Source: Macrostomum hystrix
Lineage: Eukaryota > Animalia > Platyhelminthes
NCBI GenBank assembly: GCA_950097015.1
Contig: CATNEN010000025.1
Span: forward strand, 4,836,001-4,900,000
Direction: 5' to 3'
DNA length: 64,000 bases
Shown here: positions 49,447 through 61,429 of the stretch, in pieces
Layout: each line of letters opens with the position of its first letter
How positions within the stretch are numbered: the first letter of the stretch is position 1
Program-made: the position numbers and the translations under genes
The notes under the pieces: model-generated
What the model saw: only the letters and a program-made list of their open reading frames with translations
Database searches by the model: none
Told to the model about the DNA's origin: nothing

Positions 49447-50665
49447 ACTGATCCTGAATCACAGCCTGATCGGATCCTGAATCACGGCCTGAACTGATCC
49501 TGAATCACAGCCTGATCGGATCCTGAATCACGGCCTGAACTGATCCTGAATCACAGCCTGATCGGATCCTGAATCACAGCCTGACTGATCCTGAATCACA
49601 GCCTGATCGGATCCTGAATCACAGCCTGACTGATCCTGAATCACAGCCTGAACTGATCCTGAATCACGGCCTGAACTGATCCTGAATCACGGCCTGAACT
49701 GATCCTGAATCACGGCCTGAACTGATCCTGAATCACGGCCTGAACTGATCCTGAATCACAGCCTGATCGGATCCTGAATCACAGCCTGATCGGATCCTGA
49801 ATCACAGCCTGAACTGATCCTGAATCACAGCCTGATCGGATCCTGAATCACAGCCTGAACTGATCCTGAATCACGGCCTGAACTGATCCTGAATCACGGC
49901 CTGAACTGATCCTGAATCACAGCCTGAACTGATCCTGAATCACAGCCTGAACTGATCATGAATCACGGCCTGAACTGATCCTGAATCACGGCCTGAACTG
50001 ATCCTGAATCACAGCCTGAACTGATCCCGAATCACAGCCTGAACTGATCCTGAATCACGGCCTGAACTGATCCTGAATCACAGCCTGAACTCATCCTGAA
50101 TCACAGCCTGAACTGATCCTGATCCTGAATCACAGCCTGAACTGATCCTGAATCACAGCCTGATCGGATCCTGAATCACAGCCTGAACTGATCCTGAATC
50201 ACGGCCTGAACTGATCCTGAATCACGGCCTGAACTGATCCTGAATCACAGCCTGAACTGATCCTGAATCACAGCCTGAACTGATCATGAATCACGGCCTG
50301 AACTGATCCTGAATCACGGCCTGAACTGATCCTGAATCACAGCCTGAACTGATCCCGAATCACAGCCTGAACTGATCCTGAATCACAGCCTGAACTGATC
50401 CCGAATCACAGCCTGAACTCATCCTGAATCACAGCCTGAACTGATCCTGATCCTGAATCACAGCCTGAACTGATCCCGAATCACAGCCTGATCGGATCCT
50501 GAATCACAGCCTGAACTGATCCTGAATCACGGCCTGAACTGATCCTGAATCACGGCCTGAACTGATCCTGAATCACAGCCTGAACTGATCATGAATCACA
50601 GCCTGAACTGATCCCGAATTACAGCCTGAAATGATCCTGAATCAGGACCTCAGCTGTTCCTGAAT
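49447..50665. repeat. 23-bp minisatellite (GAACTGATCCTGAATCACAGCCT)
   Basis: Direct tandem repeats. Confidence 0.96.
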
Positions 50666-51475
50666 CATATTCAGAGCTAGAAATCGTTTAAATAATTTTG
50701 CTTGTTACTATAGCGATGTGAAAGCAAAATAAATCAGTACAATCTTTTCTATCGTGAGATCTCGCTTATTTGAAATTTAAAAAATTAAATAACCAGCTTT
50801 CTTTTTTTCACTATAAGTACCAACAGTTGATGCAAAACACAGCTCGAAGTTATGAGATAAAATTCCCTATTAATTAATTTATTTTCTTATGCTTTTTACT
50901 TTATCTAGCAAAAAAATCTGTTTAGATACTCATCTAGCTACTGTTCACATTCAGAGTAGCAAGATGTGCAACAGTCATGCACTATTTCAAGCGTGAAGAA
51001 AAAATACGAAGCAACTCAGTAAAAAACTATCTGAAGTTAGCTAAAAGTCAAAGTTTATAAATTCTAAGCACAGCAAATTAATTGTTTAAACTCGTTTAAA
51101 TTCAGTATATAGATTCCTGATACTTGGAACAAGACAAACGCACTAGACAGACAAAAACGAAATGGGAAGAGGGTAACTAGTGATGAGCAAATGAGCATCG
51201 GCATTTTTTCTTGAACTGCGAAATATTTTGATATATGAGGGCCAGCAACTAGGGTTGAAACATCATAAACGATAAGAAACGCAAACTAATTATCCGGTTA
51301 ATTTTTTAGAAACAGTCACAACACTACAGTCGCTTAAAGTAGTCTATTTGTAATGTGTCACTCATTTGTAAAACTTTCAGTTTGTGAAATGCTTCAAAGA
51401 AAAAAGAAAAAGTATATAGAAATAAAAGATGGGCTTGCCATATTTTAATAATCCTAACAGGAGAAAATTTAATGC

Positions 51476-53318
51476 TTAAGCATGCCCCTGCTTCAACAGG
51501 GGACAGTCGGCCACCAGGTGGTCCATAGACCGGCACTGATAGCACGACTTTGGCAGCGGACCGGAGGGACAGTCGGCCGCCATGTGGTCCGAGAACTGGC
51601 CGCAATTGTAGCACCTGCCGTAAAATGGATAGATAAATAGACTCAGATAGAGTTTGAGCACGCTTCGTACATAACTTTAGCTTTTGGCGCATAGTGACTA
51701 CCTCTGTCGACGTGTTTGAATGCTCAAAACTTAAACCTTTACAATTTACTCTGTCGGGTTCAAGTTTTTCGAAACATATCGGCTGTTTTTCGAGACATAT
51801 CGGCTGTTTAACTTAGCTTGTATTTTTTTTTTAAAACACATCGGCAGCTTGGCAAATTGGTCGGCGTTCCAATTTTCAATACATATCGGCAGTTCGATTC
51901 TCTTGGTGTTCCGATTTTCGATACATATCGGCAGTTAAACTCAATTTGTGTACAATTTTTCGATACATATCGTCACACAAACCTCATGCGTCGCTTCTTT
52001 CGTCCTGCCGGCCGGCGCTGGCTACCAATGCAGTCGAGACCACCAGGTCCGCAGACTCGCGTCGCTTCCTCGCCTTTCGACGTCGATCTGGAGGAGAATT
52101 CCACCCGTTCGCCATCGCCCAGGCTTCGAAATCCTGGCATCCGAAGCACCGACTGCGAATTGGATTTGAGCATCACCTAAATTGTGACTGCCAAATGCTT
52201 TGTCGTCTAATAAATATTTAACAACCCCGTAAAATCCAACTCGGGAACGTCGCGGGACGATCTCTTACCTGGTGTACAAAGACCTCCGGGCCGCCATCGT
52301 CGGGTGTAATGAAGCCGAAGCCCTTGATGACGTTGAACCACTTGACCCGGCCGAGCCGCTTTTCGTCGCATGGATCAGCGGATGGTCCTGGGGCGCTAGA
52401 CCAGTGCAAATGCACGCCTGTGGATTTGATGCTATTTTTAGACAATTTACTTGTGGGGGAATCTCGCCGCTTTCTAACCACCCTTAGGCACGTGACTCAC
52501 ATCAGCCAATTAAATGTAAGTTTCAAATTTAAGTGCATTTTTATGCAAACAAGTAACTTCCTGTTTCTTTATCAAATTCAAATACTTTACTATTAACAGT
52601 AGGCTTACCAAGCCATTTGCCGCCGGTTTTATACCAAAGGGTGGGGAAGACCTGCATTTTTTGGGAGCGCCTGAATGCTAACAGCGTTGGGTGGTGACTG
52701 ATTGGTTTACAGACTAGACGATTGTGTCCTGTGGTTGAGCTGCGCCTAATATTTAGGCTTGACCAGTGAAATTGTAGAAATTCATGGTGTCCATAGTGAC
52801 CTAGTTCCACCTTTTGTAGCCCTTGAAGGTCCTCAGTTCGTCTTGATAAAGGTAGGTGACCACCGAAGACGGAGATGATGCAGGCATATTCGGGTGAAAT
52901 GCTGATAAATTTTGAAGGCCTGGCAAGGCCGCACTGAGGCGCAGTGCTCCTTAAAATATATTTTGAATTTTAAGTTGAAACTAGTGGAAATCGGCTGTCA
53001 ATATTTCATTGGCTAACTTTAGTCACGTGAATGCACTGGGGTCACTGACTAAGAGGGGATTCCCGAGAGTTTTTCTAAATATAGAAAAAACCCTTAAATA
53101 CCAGTAGCCAATCAAAATTTCAAGGCTGGTTCTAACCTAGGTCAAATGCCAGCTCATAGGTGTAGTCTGCTCGTTTTGATTGATCATTCATTTGATCATT
53201 CAAAATTGAAGACTCGATCTATGAGATCCCGAATCATAGAAATCCCTAATTTCCTGAAATCAACACCTCTGCTGCGTCAGAAAATAGCAAGATCTCACTT
53301 ACCGCCACCAGAAGTCAT
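51476..53318 (-). CDS. lin-28: Lin-28 (cold-shock domain plus two CCHC knuckles) with an atypical N-terminal extension
   Basis: Core exons 52417-52269 ([20 protein letters not shown]), 52152-51983 ([16 protein letters not shown]; alternative in-frame acceptor at 52176) and 51614-51476 (RCYNCG..H..DC, SCYQC..DH..DC). Proposed upstream exons 53318-53303 (MTSGG), 52949 or 52919-52811, and 52670-52609 are phase-consistent (1,2,1) but less certain than the core. Confidence 0.93.
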
Positions 53319-53879
53319 TGATCACCTAGTTGACCACTGACAAAAAGAGGTGAACTAAAATTTGAGAAGACAATAAATAAATCACTAGCTGATGCGTCCC
53401 AATGCCCATACGCTGAATGGACAATTTTTTGGAAGCGTGCCAAAACCGTGTCTATTATACCCGTCGGATCGGGTTTGAGGTAGCCCCTTGCCTATGCTTT
53501 TTTTGTTCCTTTCTGAATGGCTGCCGCGCGCTTTTACCGGTACCGGGAGGTCGTCGGGTGTTCTCGCCTATAGTTCGCTGGCCCTTTCAATTGCGAACCA
53601 AGCTGACCCAATCACGGGACTGCAGCGTCATGGGGCTCTGAAGGGCCTCCAACCGAAACCGTTTCTTGGATATTGGGTGGAGTCAGGCGACCTCCAACAA
53701 TGTTGCCAGTTTGCTGGCCCAATCAGCGGCTTGCGACAACTTCAGGCGAGTCTTCACAATGACTGTCAGTCAATCAGTCAGTATCCCGCTCACAATGAAC
53801 TCAAGCAAAATGTGTTTTAAACATTCCCACCTCATTCATAATCCTTTGTTCTTTTTACTCCTACAGTTTATTGCTCTAT

Positions 53880-54495
53880 TCTCCCTCTCCCCCTCAGTCT
53901 TACTCTCCCCTTCAGTCTCCTTTTCTCCTCCACCACTTTAGTCTCCCTCTCCCCTTCAGTCTCCCTCTCCCCTTCAGTCTCCCTCTCCCCTTCAGTCTCC
54001 CTCTCCCCTTCAGTCTCCCTCTCCCCTTCAGTCTCCCTCTCCCCCTCAGTCTCCCTCTCCCCTTCAGTCTCCCTCTCCCCTTCAGTCTCCCTCTCCCCCT
54101 CAGTCTCCCTCTCCCCTTCAGTCTCCCTCTCCCCTTCAGTCTCCCTCTCCCCTTCAGTCTCCTTTTCTCCTCCACCACTTTAGTCTCCCTCTCCCCTTCA
54201 GTCTCCCTCTCCCCCTCAGTCTCCCTCTCCCCTTCAGTCTCCCTCTCCCCTTCAGTCTCCTTTTCTCCTCCACCACTTTAGTCTCCCTCTCCCCTTCAGT
54301 CTCCCTCTCCGCCTCAGTCTTCCTCTCCCCTTCAGTCTCCCTCTCCCCTTCAGTCTCCTTTTCTCTTCCACCACTTTAGTCTCCCTCTCCCCTTCAGTCT
54401 CCCTCTCCCCTTCAGTCTCTCTCTTTCCCTTCAGTCTCCCTCTCCCCTTCAGTCTCCCTCTCCCCCTCAGTCTCCTTCTCCCCTTCAGTCTCCCG
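53880..54495. repeat. 18-bp pyrimidine minisatellite (CAGTCTCCCTCTCCCCTT)
   Basis: Direct tandem repeats. Confidence 0.95.
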
Positions 54496-55427
54496 CTTCG
54501 ATATCCCTTATTTCTAATATTAATATTTATTTACAACTTCTCTCCTATTTTCATTTTCTCATTCTCCCATCTTGATCCCATCTCACATTCGAGAACAAAT
54601 GCACACTTTGACTTTGAGCAGATGACCAGCTCAGACAGACAGTATACTCAAATGCAGTAAATGAAAATAAGTCAAGCCTTTGAATCAGCTGTTTTGGCAT
54701 GATGCCAGATCAAATATACAGCGGTAACTAAACTAGAATATAATGCGAAACAAGTTATTAGTTGCCTTGTAGCTGACTTGCTACAAATGTTGCTGTTAAA
54801 TTTAAGAGTCGGCAAAAGCTTGAGCTTGTTTATTTAGTTTTGTCGTGGGGTTACATTTAAGTCTTAACCGGGCAACTGTACCTATCGATAACAAGGGTCA
54901 TAGACAAATTAGCGGTAAGGGGGGAAAGAAAAGTACCATTTGAATCTTTAAATATAGAGTTAAGAGTCAAAAGAGTTAAAGAGTTTAACCATTAAGAGTT
55001 AAAAGAAAGAAGTGAATTTGCTGCTACAGCCTACATAAGAACTTAAATAGTTAATAATCAGAGATAATTTAATATTTTAATTGAGAAGACTAGGAAAATT
55101 CTGGAAGTGTGCCAACCAAAGTGCACCCGCAGCTTATACTGCCCCTCCACCCTCTGCTATAACCGAAAAGAGAAAAAGTGTAAAATGTGCATTAAGCATG
55201 GGATGGTTTCAAGGAATAACCTCGCCAGCACGAAGCGTGACTCACTCAGGGGTAGGCGGGGTGGGGCAGGGCAGCGGAACTACCCATAGCAAATGTTTCC
55301 CTTAGCCTCAACTACCTACAGGCTACAATCTGCGATACTCTCCGCTCTCTCTTGTTGCTGGGCCTACATTACCCCCCCGCCTGGTTTCGTGTAGTTTACT
55401 AAATAGTTCATTACTGGCTTACTACTC

Positions 55428-55845
55428 CGTGTGTGTGTCTGTGTGTGTGTGTGAGTGTGTCTGTGAGTGTGTGTCTGTGAGTGTGAGTGTGTGTCTGTGA
55501 GTGTGTGTCTGTGAGTGTGAGTGTGTGTGTGTGAGTGTGTGTGTGTGTGTCTGAGTGTGTGAGTGTGTGAGTGTGTAAGTGTGTGAGTGTGTGAGTGTGT
55601 GCGAGTGTGTGTGTGTGTGAGTGTGTGTGTGTGAGTGTGTGAGTGTGTGTCTGTGAGTGTGTGAGTGTGTGTGTCTGAGTGTGTGAGTGTGTGAGTGTGT
55701 GCGAGTGTGTGTGTGTGAGTGTGAGTGTGAGTGTCTGTGTGAGTGTGTGTGAGTGTGTGTGTGTGAGTGTCTGTGTGAGTGTGTGTGAGTGATTGTGTGT
55801 GAGTGTGTGTGTGAATGTGTGTGTGAGTGTGAGTGTGTGAGTGTG
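55428..55845. repeat. Compound (GT)/(GAGT) microsatellite
   Basis: Seen directly. Confidence 0.96.
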
Positions 55846-57187
55846 TATTCTTATAGCAGGAGATTTGGGATCAGAGAATGCAAGAATAGATGCGCCAATT
55901 GAAAAAAAGTGTGTATTTTCCTCTCTACTTCTCTGCGTGCGTGGGCGGAGAAGAAACTTAGAATTTATTTCCTCATTTCTTGGCTCGATTACTCTCACTC
56001 TCCCTTTCTGTCTGTTGTTTCTGCTTTCATTCAGTTCTTTTTGGCATTGAGCCAACTTATGAATAAAATGTTTGTACATCGAAGATAGATATCTTAAATA
56101 GAAAGTACTTTTCAGTTGTACTTAATCCCTGCAATTACTTATTTACACATTTGCAGTTATAACTTAGATTTGATTCGTAGTATGGGGACTTTGAACGAAT
56201 GGGATTGAAATGGGTTTGATGAAAGGTATTTAGAGAGAATTGAATTGAAATAGGGTTGATTAAGCGGACTTTGAGTGCATGGGATTAATATAGGTTGATT
56301 AGGGGGATTTCGAGATAATGCGGCTGAAATGGAGTTGATAAAGGGGTTTTAAACGAAATATTATCGGACTGAAAAAAAAGAGAAATTTTTAAGAAATCAG
56401 AATTGAGATCCGATTTGTTTTATGGTTTTGAAATCTGGCATTTTCGGAAGCCTAACATCATTTTGGCCCTTAAACACTTAAATAATGTTTACGTTAGGTG
56501 AAGATATTTTTTTTGCTAAACTGCCTGATTGCAAATGAAATTCTTTGGGGCTTGTAACAATTTAATGTTTGTGTTTCCGGCTTGTGTTGTATTGTTTTTA
56601 AAGTCACACATAAATTAAACTATTCTATCGAGTTCTTGCGTCATGCTACTATGAGTAGGCAAAAAGCATGAGAGTGAAGTAGATTTTTTAGTATTATCAA
56701 TATATTATTTATTGTAAAATTGTTTTGAAAAGTTAAAAGCCATGAGAATGGTTAATATGCTGATTATATGGCATTAATTTGAAATTTCCAGGTATAATGC
56801 TTTTATTTATTTAATAAAGAATCCACACTTTGTCTTTGCAAATAGATTTTTTAAGAAAAGTAGACTTTTGATGTAGCTGCGTATATTGGTATACATTAGG
56901 CCCCAGTGAAATGTAAAGAATTTTCTGTATGCCTTAATCTAATGAGTAAGGAAAATAACGGTGTGCTGGAAACAGCAGACCACCGACAGTCTAGTGACTG
57001 CCGGGAAAATAGTTTTTGTGAGGGTAGAGGTCGCCCCAGGGTGTCGGCCTACTTCAGCCGATTGCCCGACGGTGTCAGCGATCTTCCCTGATTGGCAATG
57101 GGCGAAAAGAGATGCTTAAGGGACGAAGTCACGTTGCAAATATGCATGATAACAGATGTTTCTCCTAAATTTTCTGGAGCAGAGAAG

Positions 57188-57465
57188 AATAACATTATTC
57201 TTATTAATAGTTCAGGAGGGCTGCGGGCAATGGCACATCATTTTGTGACACCAGACCCGCAGCCAGCGTGTAGTCATTTCTGCCAATTTCGCTGACACGC
57301 ACACAGGTACATCGTCAGGCAGTGTACACTTCACTGTGCCTTGAAGTTGGCCCTCAAGGGCGTAAATGATACCACTGACCCCACTAAATGACACCACTGA
57401 CCCCACTAAATGACACCACTGACCCCACTAAATGACACCACTGACCCCACTAAATGACACCACCG
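57188..57465 (-). mobile_element. Deleted SINE family B copy ending in a short 22-bp tandem array
   Basis: Tail and body match family B at 57188-57367, followed by (ACCACTGACCCCACTAAATGAC) about 4 times, derived from the SINE head. Confidence 0.8.
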
Positions 57466-58473
57466 AAGACTGACAGTAAACGATACTGTTCTTTATTCAA
57501 TAGCTTAAATGAAGAGTCGAGGTCCAGATAATGAGTCCTTGAACCTTGCTTCCAATTGGTCTTCTTTTGGCCTTGCTGGTGTGATTTGATTGCCAATTAA
57601 ACTACTACTCTTGAAAAAATCTAATATAGTAATATATATAGAACATTCTGCATTCTTCATGCTATTTCATGGAAAGTAAAGAAAATGAAAGTTAAAGAAG
57701 TCAAATTAAAAATTAAAAATAGAAAATTCCATAATTTTGGTGCGCATATATTGCTAACTACTCTCGTAAATTAACATACGAAGCTAATGGTCAAACCTTT
57801 GTGGCCTAAAATTTCCTGTGGAAAGAGAGAACGGAACAACTATTGGTTAATTAAATTTAAATGTGAGCATATACAGTGAGTGCATTACCAGTAAGCCAAT
57901 GTGGATTATTATTTGGTGCTGTCGGCAGAATGGTGGAGCTGTGAAGGTTACATAAAGATATTGTGAATGCTCAATTTGATTTTTCAGTCGTAGCCAAATA
58001 AAAATCGAGCTTACTTTTTAGCTATCACTTAAAGTGCGCAGATACAATATGCAGAGAAATAAGTAGCTTTAAAAAGAAAAAAAAGTTTTTCTATTGGCTA
58101 AATCTAGTCAAACTAAGAAGCCAGTTTCAAACTAGCGAAACACATTGCTGATCGTTGCCATGGCTTGTTTAGAAGGCGAGAAAATTGGATCATTGAGACA
58201 GAGAGGACAATAGAAAGACAAAACGATTCAGTTAAAACATCGCGGCGCAGCAGGCAAGGTACGGGGCAAAGCAACACCAACTTGGCGTTGGGTTGAAAAA
58301 CAAGGGGAATGAAGTCTGCTAGGCGAAAATGCGCCTCAGTACATAGAAGGTCACTGAGGGACTCGTGTATTCCGTGGTCCGCGAATTCCACTGAAATCTA
58401 CACACGAAGCCAAGAGTCCGAATGTAAAGTTGAAATAGGCCAGCAGTGTGGGATTGTCAATCGGCAATGACCG

Positions 58474-61225
58474 TCAGTCCAGAGAACCGGTGCTCGCATG
58501 CAGAGCCTGCTGTCCGAGAAGTTCGCGCTGCCGCTTCGACGCCAGCAGCTGCGGCGGACGCGGCGCCGTCGGATTCACTGGCACAGGAATGCGAGACAGT
58601 CCGCTGTAGCTCGCTGCCGTTGTCGGCTGCAATGATGCTCGTCTTCCACCGCCGCGGCCGGCGCTAGGACCCGGCGACTGTGCCTTCGTCACCGTCTTCG
58701 AAGGGAGCATCGAGGACGAAGTCGGCATTTGTGATGGCGTCGGCTGCGTCCGGCGAAGCTCCCGTATGTCGGCAAATCCCTGTCGTTCAACACCGCCTCG
58801 CGATGTTGCTGTTGTCAGCTTTCGCTGACGATCTGGTTGTGCCGCAGCCGCAGCCGCAGTTGCCGCAGCCAGCTCCGTCATCGAGAGGGTCGGCGCGCTC
58901 ATCTTGCGCCGCTGTTGCCGGGCAACTCCGCGGCCGTCGGGTCGATCGGTTGCAACAGTTGCAGCAGCAGCTGAGGCGTCATCGCAGGTGGCTGTCACAC
59001 CACCTTCTGCTGGCAACTGCATTAGCAGGCGTCTACGACGCTCGCGTTCTTCCCGATGACCGACAGGAACTCCGGAGCGAAGGCAACCCGAACCGGCTGC
59101 CGAGGATTCTGACGAGGTGGCAGCATCCCGACGACAGGGGTCGTGCTTGAGGAGCAGATGCTCCAGCGAGTCCCAGCCACCGCCAACGCGCACCATCACG
59201 TGGTTGCGAAGCACCTGTGTTCGTGGAGTATCAGTATATAAATTATATTTTTTCTATCTCTAGTCCCCTCAGTACACCGCTAATGTCATACCCGAACAAA
59301 GATCAGCATCTGCGAGTCGCCGAACAGATACTTGCCCTCGTCCAGCCGCTTCATTGGGAAGGTCTCTTCGCAGCCACATTCGCTGACTAGTTCGCGAACC
59401 TGACGAAACAGGGTGGCTGTTTGTGAGATTCTTTGCGAGATATCGCTTGCATAGTCACTAAAATAAATCCCTAAAGCACTTGAGGGGTTGAAAGACCTGC
59501 CAGAAGCTGCAGATCTGTAGTCAAGGAAAGGATGTGTGTTGACGGTACTAGAATAACACTTTCCTGACTGTGGTATAATGCCGCACCAATATTAGGATTA
59601 TATTATTATCATTTAACTCTTGTTTCATACGCCCAACTGTCGACATTTAGCTTCCAAACTGATCGTGAGAGTTATAAAATTCTACCCCACTAGAGCTCAT
59701 GAATATGCACAATTTAACATTTCGGACAGTTAAACTGTGGCATTATAGAAACCATTAAGTTTAATCTCTGAATAGCCCAACTCTATGATTCCGGAAGTGC
59801 AAATTCAAAACCGATCGCTTGTTGATCACGTGACTCCAAAATTTTAAGGCCCTAATTACCGATACAGAATTAACTCATATGAAAATTTTATGAGGACTAA
59901 TTTGGAACTTTAAAAAGTTTGATTTCGTGAAACTTTCGTGAAACAAACTAGTTGACCCTTCACAGTTTTTTCTCTACCAGTATTGCCATCTATAACATAA
60001 ATAATGTATTTCAAGGTTTTGTCCACTTATGGACGAAATAGAGGTTTCACTAGTCGTCAACACGCTGACGACCGAGGTGCTGACCGTGCCGGACGACATT
60101 TCAGCGGACATGACGCGGCTCAGCGCCGACGAGCAGGTGACCTCCCTCGGTGGTCTGGTGCCCAACATGGAAGACGACCTCACTGGCGACGAAGAGGATC
60201 GGTCGGTAGGCGCCTTCCTCCAGTCCAAAGTCGAGACCGTCTTGCTGTGGACACTGCTACACAAGAGGGCCAGCATGCCCATCCATCATGGTGCGGCGGC
60301 TTCAACTAGCGGGCCAAGTTATATTTTTTAATTCTAATCCAGCATGTATTTTATAGCGCATCATTTCATCCTTGCTTAATGCTCAGCATGCCATCTCCCC
60401 AATTACCAGCTCATCGAGAGATCGCAGATCGCACTGCCATCGCAAGTGCCTTCGCTTTTGCGGCTCCACAGCCACCGTCGTCGTCTCCGCTGACAGCCCA
60501 TCATCCGCTGGCGACGAGCTCGAAGGCGCCTCGTCTATCGCCGACTCGGGCGAGCGCGGCTCCTCCGCCTGCTCCGGCACCGACTGCAGCGACTCCGGTG
60601 AGGCCAGGCCGGAGTCCGAGCAGCAGCTTTCGCCCTTCAGAAGCTCGGCGTCGATCTCCTGTTCGTAGTGAACCAATTCCGGCACCTCCAGGCCGAATCG
60701 GGCCCCGGCACGAGCCAGCTCGAGCAGGCAGAGGACAACGCTGCGTGGATTTTTGCGACCTACCAGGTCCTCAGTTTCGAACAGGATGCAGTTGTGCAGG
60801 CCGAGCGCGCGGCACCAGGCGATGAAGCAGGCGATGCTGTCCCTGGCCATAAAGCTGCCTGGCGGTGCGCGAGGTCTCACGGGCGGAGCGGCGCGTGGCA
60901 GTCGCAGTGGCGGCGCGCCAGACCGCAGCGGTCGCAGCAGTGTCGCCGATGAGTTCGACCCCGAGGCAGCTTTGAGATGCTCGGCGGCTGCCGACTGGAC
61001 AACCGCGGCATGCCGGCAGAGCAGTGCTCCGGAGTCCAGGCCGGCCAGGAAGCCCTCCTGGTCGCCAGGCAGGTCGCAGTCGTGAAGATAGGCGAGCCAA
61101 TCGGCCAGGTCGGCGATCATCGCCTGCAGGAAGGCTTCGCCACTGGTGAAGCCGCGAACGCTCGACTGCTGCGGCGGCTGCGGCTGCTGAGCCTGATGAG
61201 CTACCTCTGTTGAGTTGGCGGTCAT
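58474..61225 (-). CDS. GAS2: GAS2/GAS2-like actin-microtubule crosslinker (CH + GAR domains)
   Basis: Exons 61225-60407, 59399-59292 and 59214-58474 (phases 0,0). CH domain ([34 protein letters not shown]...[23 protein letters not shown]), GAR domain (C.C...FPM.RL.EGKY.FGDS..LIFVR|[26 protein letters not shown]) and an S.IP-like SRIPVP motif. The paralogue (GAS2 versus GAS2L) is not resolved. Confidence 0.94.
60029..60331 (+). CDS. Candidate 100-aa acidic protein nested antisense in GAS2 intron 1
   Basis: GC3-rich, non-repetitive ORF (MDEIEVSL...[17 protein letters not shown]) flanked by AT-rich intron DNA, with an acceptor-like TTTCAAG 13 nt upstream of the ATG. No family was firmly recognised. 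Confidence 0.5.
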   Translation: MDEIEVSLVVNTLTTEVLTVPDDISADMTRLSADEQVTSLGGLVPNMEDDLTGDEEDRSVGAFLQSKVETVLLWTLLHKRASMPIHHGAAASTSGPSYIF

Positions 61226-61429
61226 GGCTGCCTCTTCTAGGTGGGATGCAGAGCCCTTAAAATTGAAGCAGTTTATCATTTTGTCTTTTTTGTTTTCTTT
61301 AACACTGCAAATGTCATTTAAAGATTTGAAGTGCACAAGTAGGGCACTCTATTGCAGTAGTCAGCATTTTCCGACCCGCAAACAAGACATATGTTATCAG
61401 TCTCGTGTCTTTTCTTCTTCGTGTTATCT

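Noticed and set aside
52811-52919. Alternative frame [16 protein letters not shown] resembling the CaMKII ACI motif
   Set aside because: It does not keep phase with the downstream exon, whereas the VVTY frame does; treated as coincidence unless a frameshift is shown.
53319-53354. FTSF...TGA in frame with MTSGG as a read-through or Sec N-terminal half of the hub domain
   Set aside because: The FTSF codons are the polypyrimidine tract of an acceptor (TTTTTGTCAG); no SECIS or other support was seen.
53680-53772. Minus-strand VIVKTRLKLSQAADWASKLATLLEVA as the first helix of the hub domain
   Set aside because: It ends in a stop, has no convincing donor, and could not be linked in phase to the lin-28 exons.
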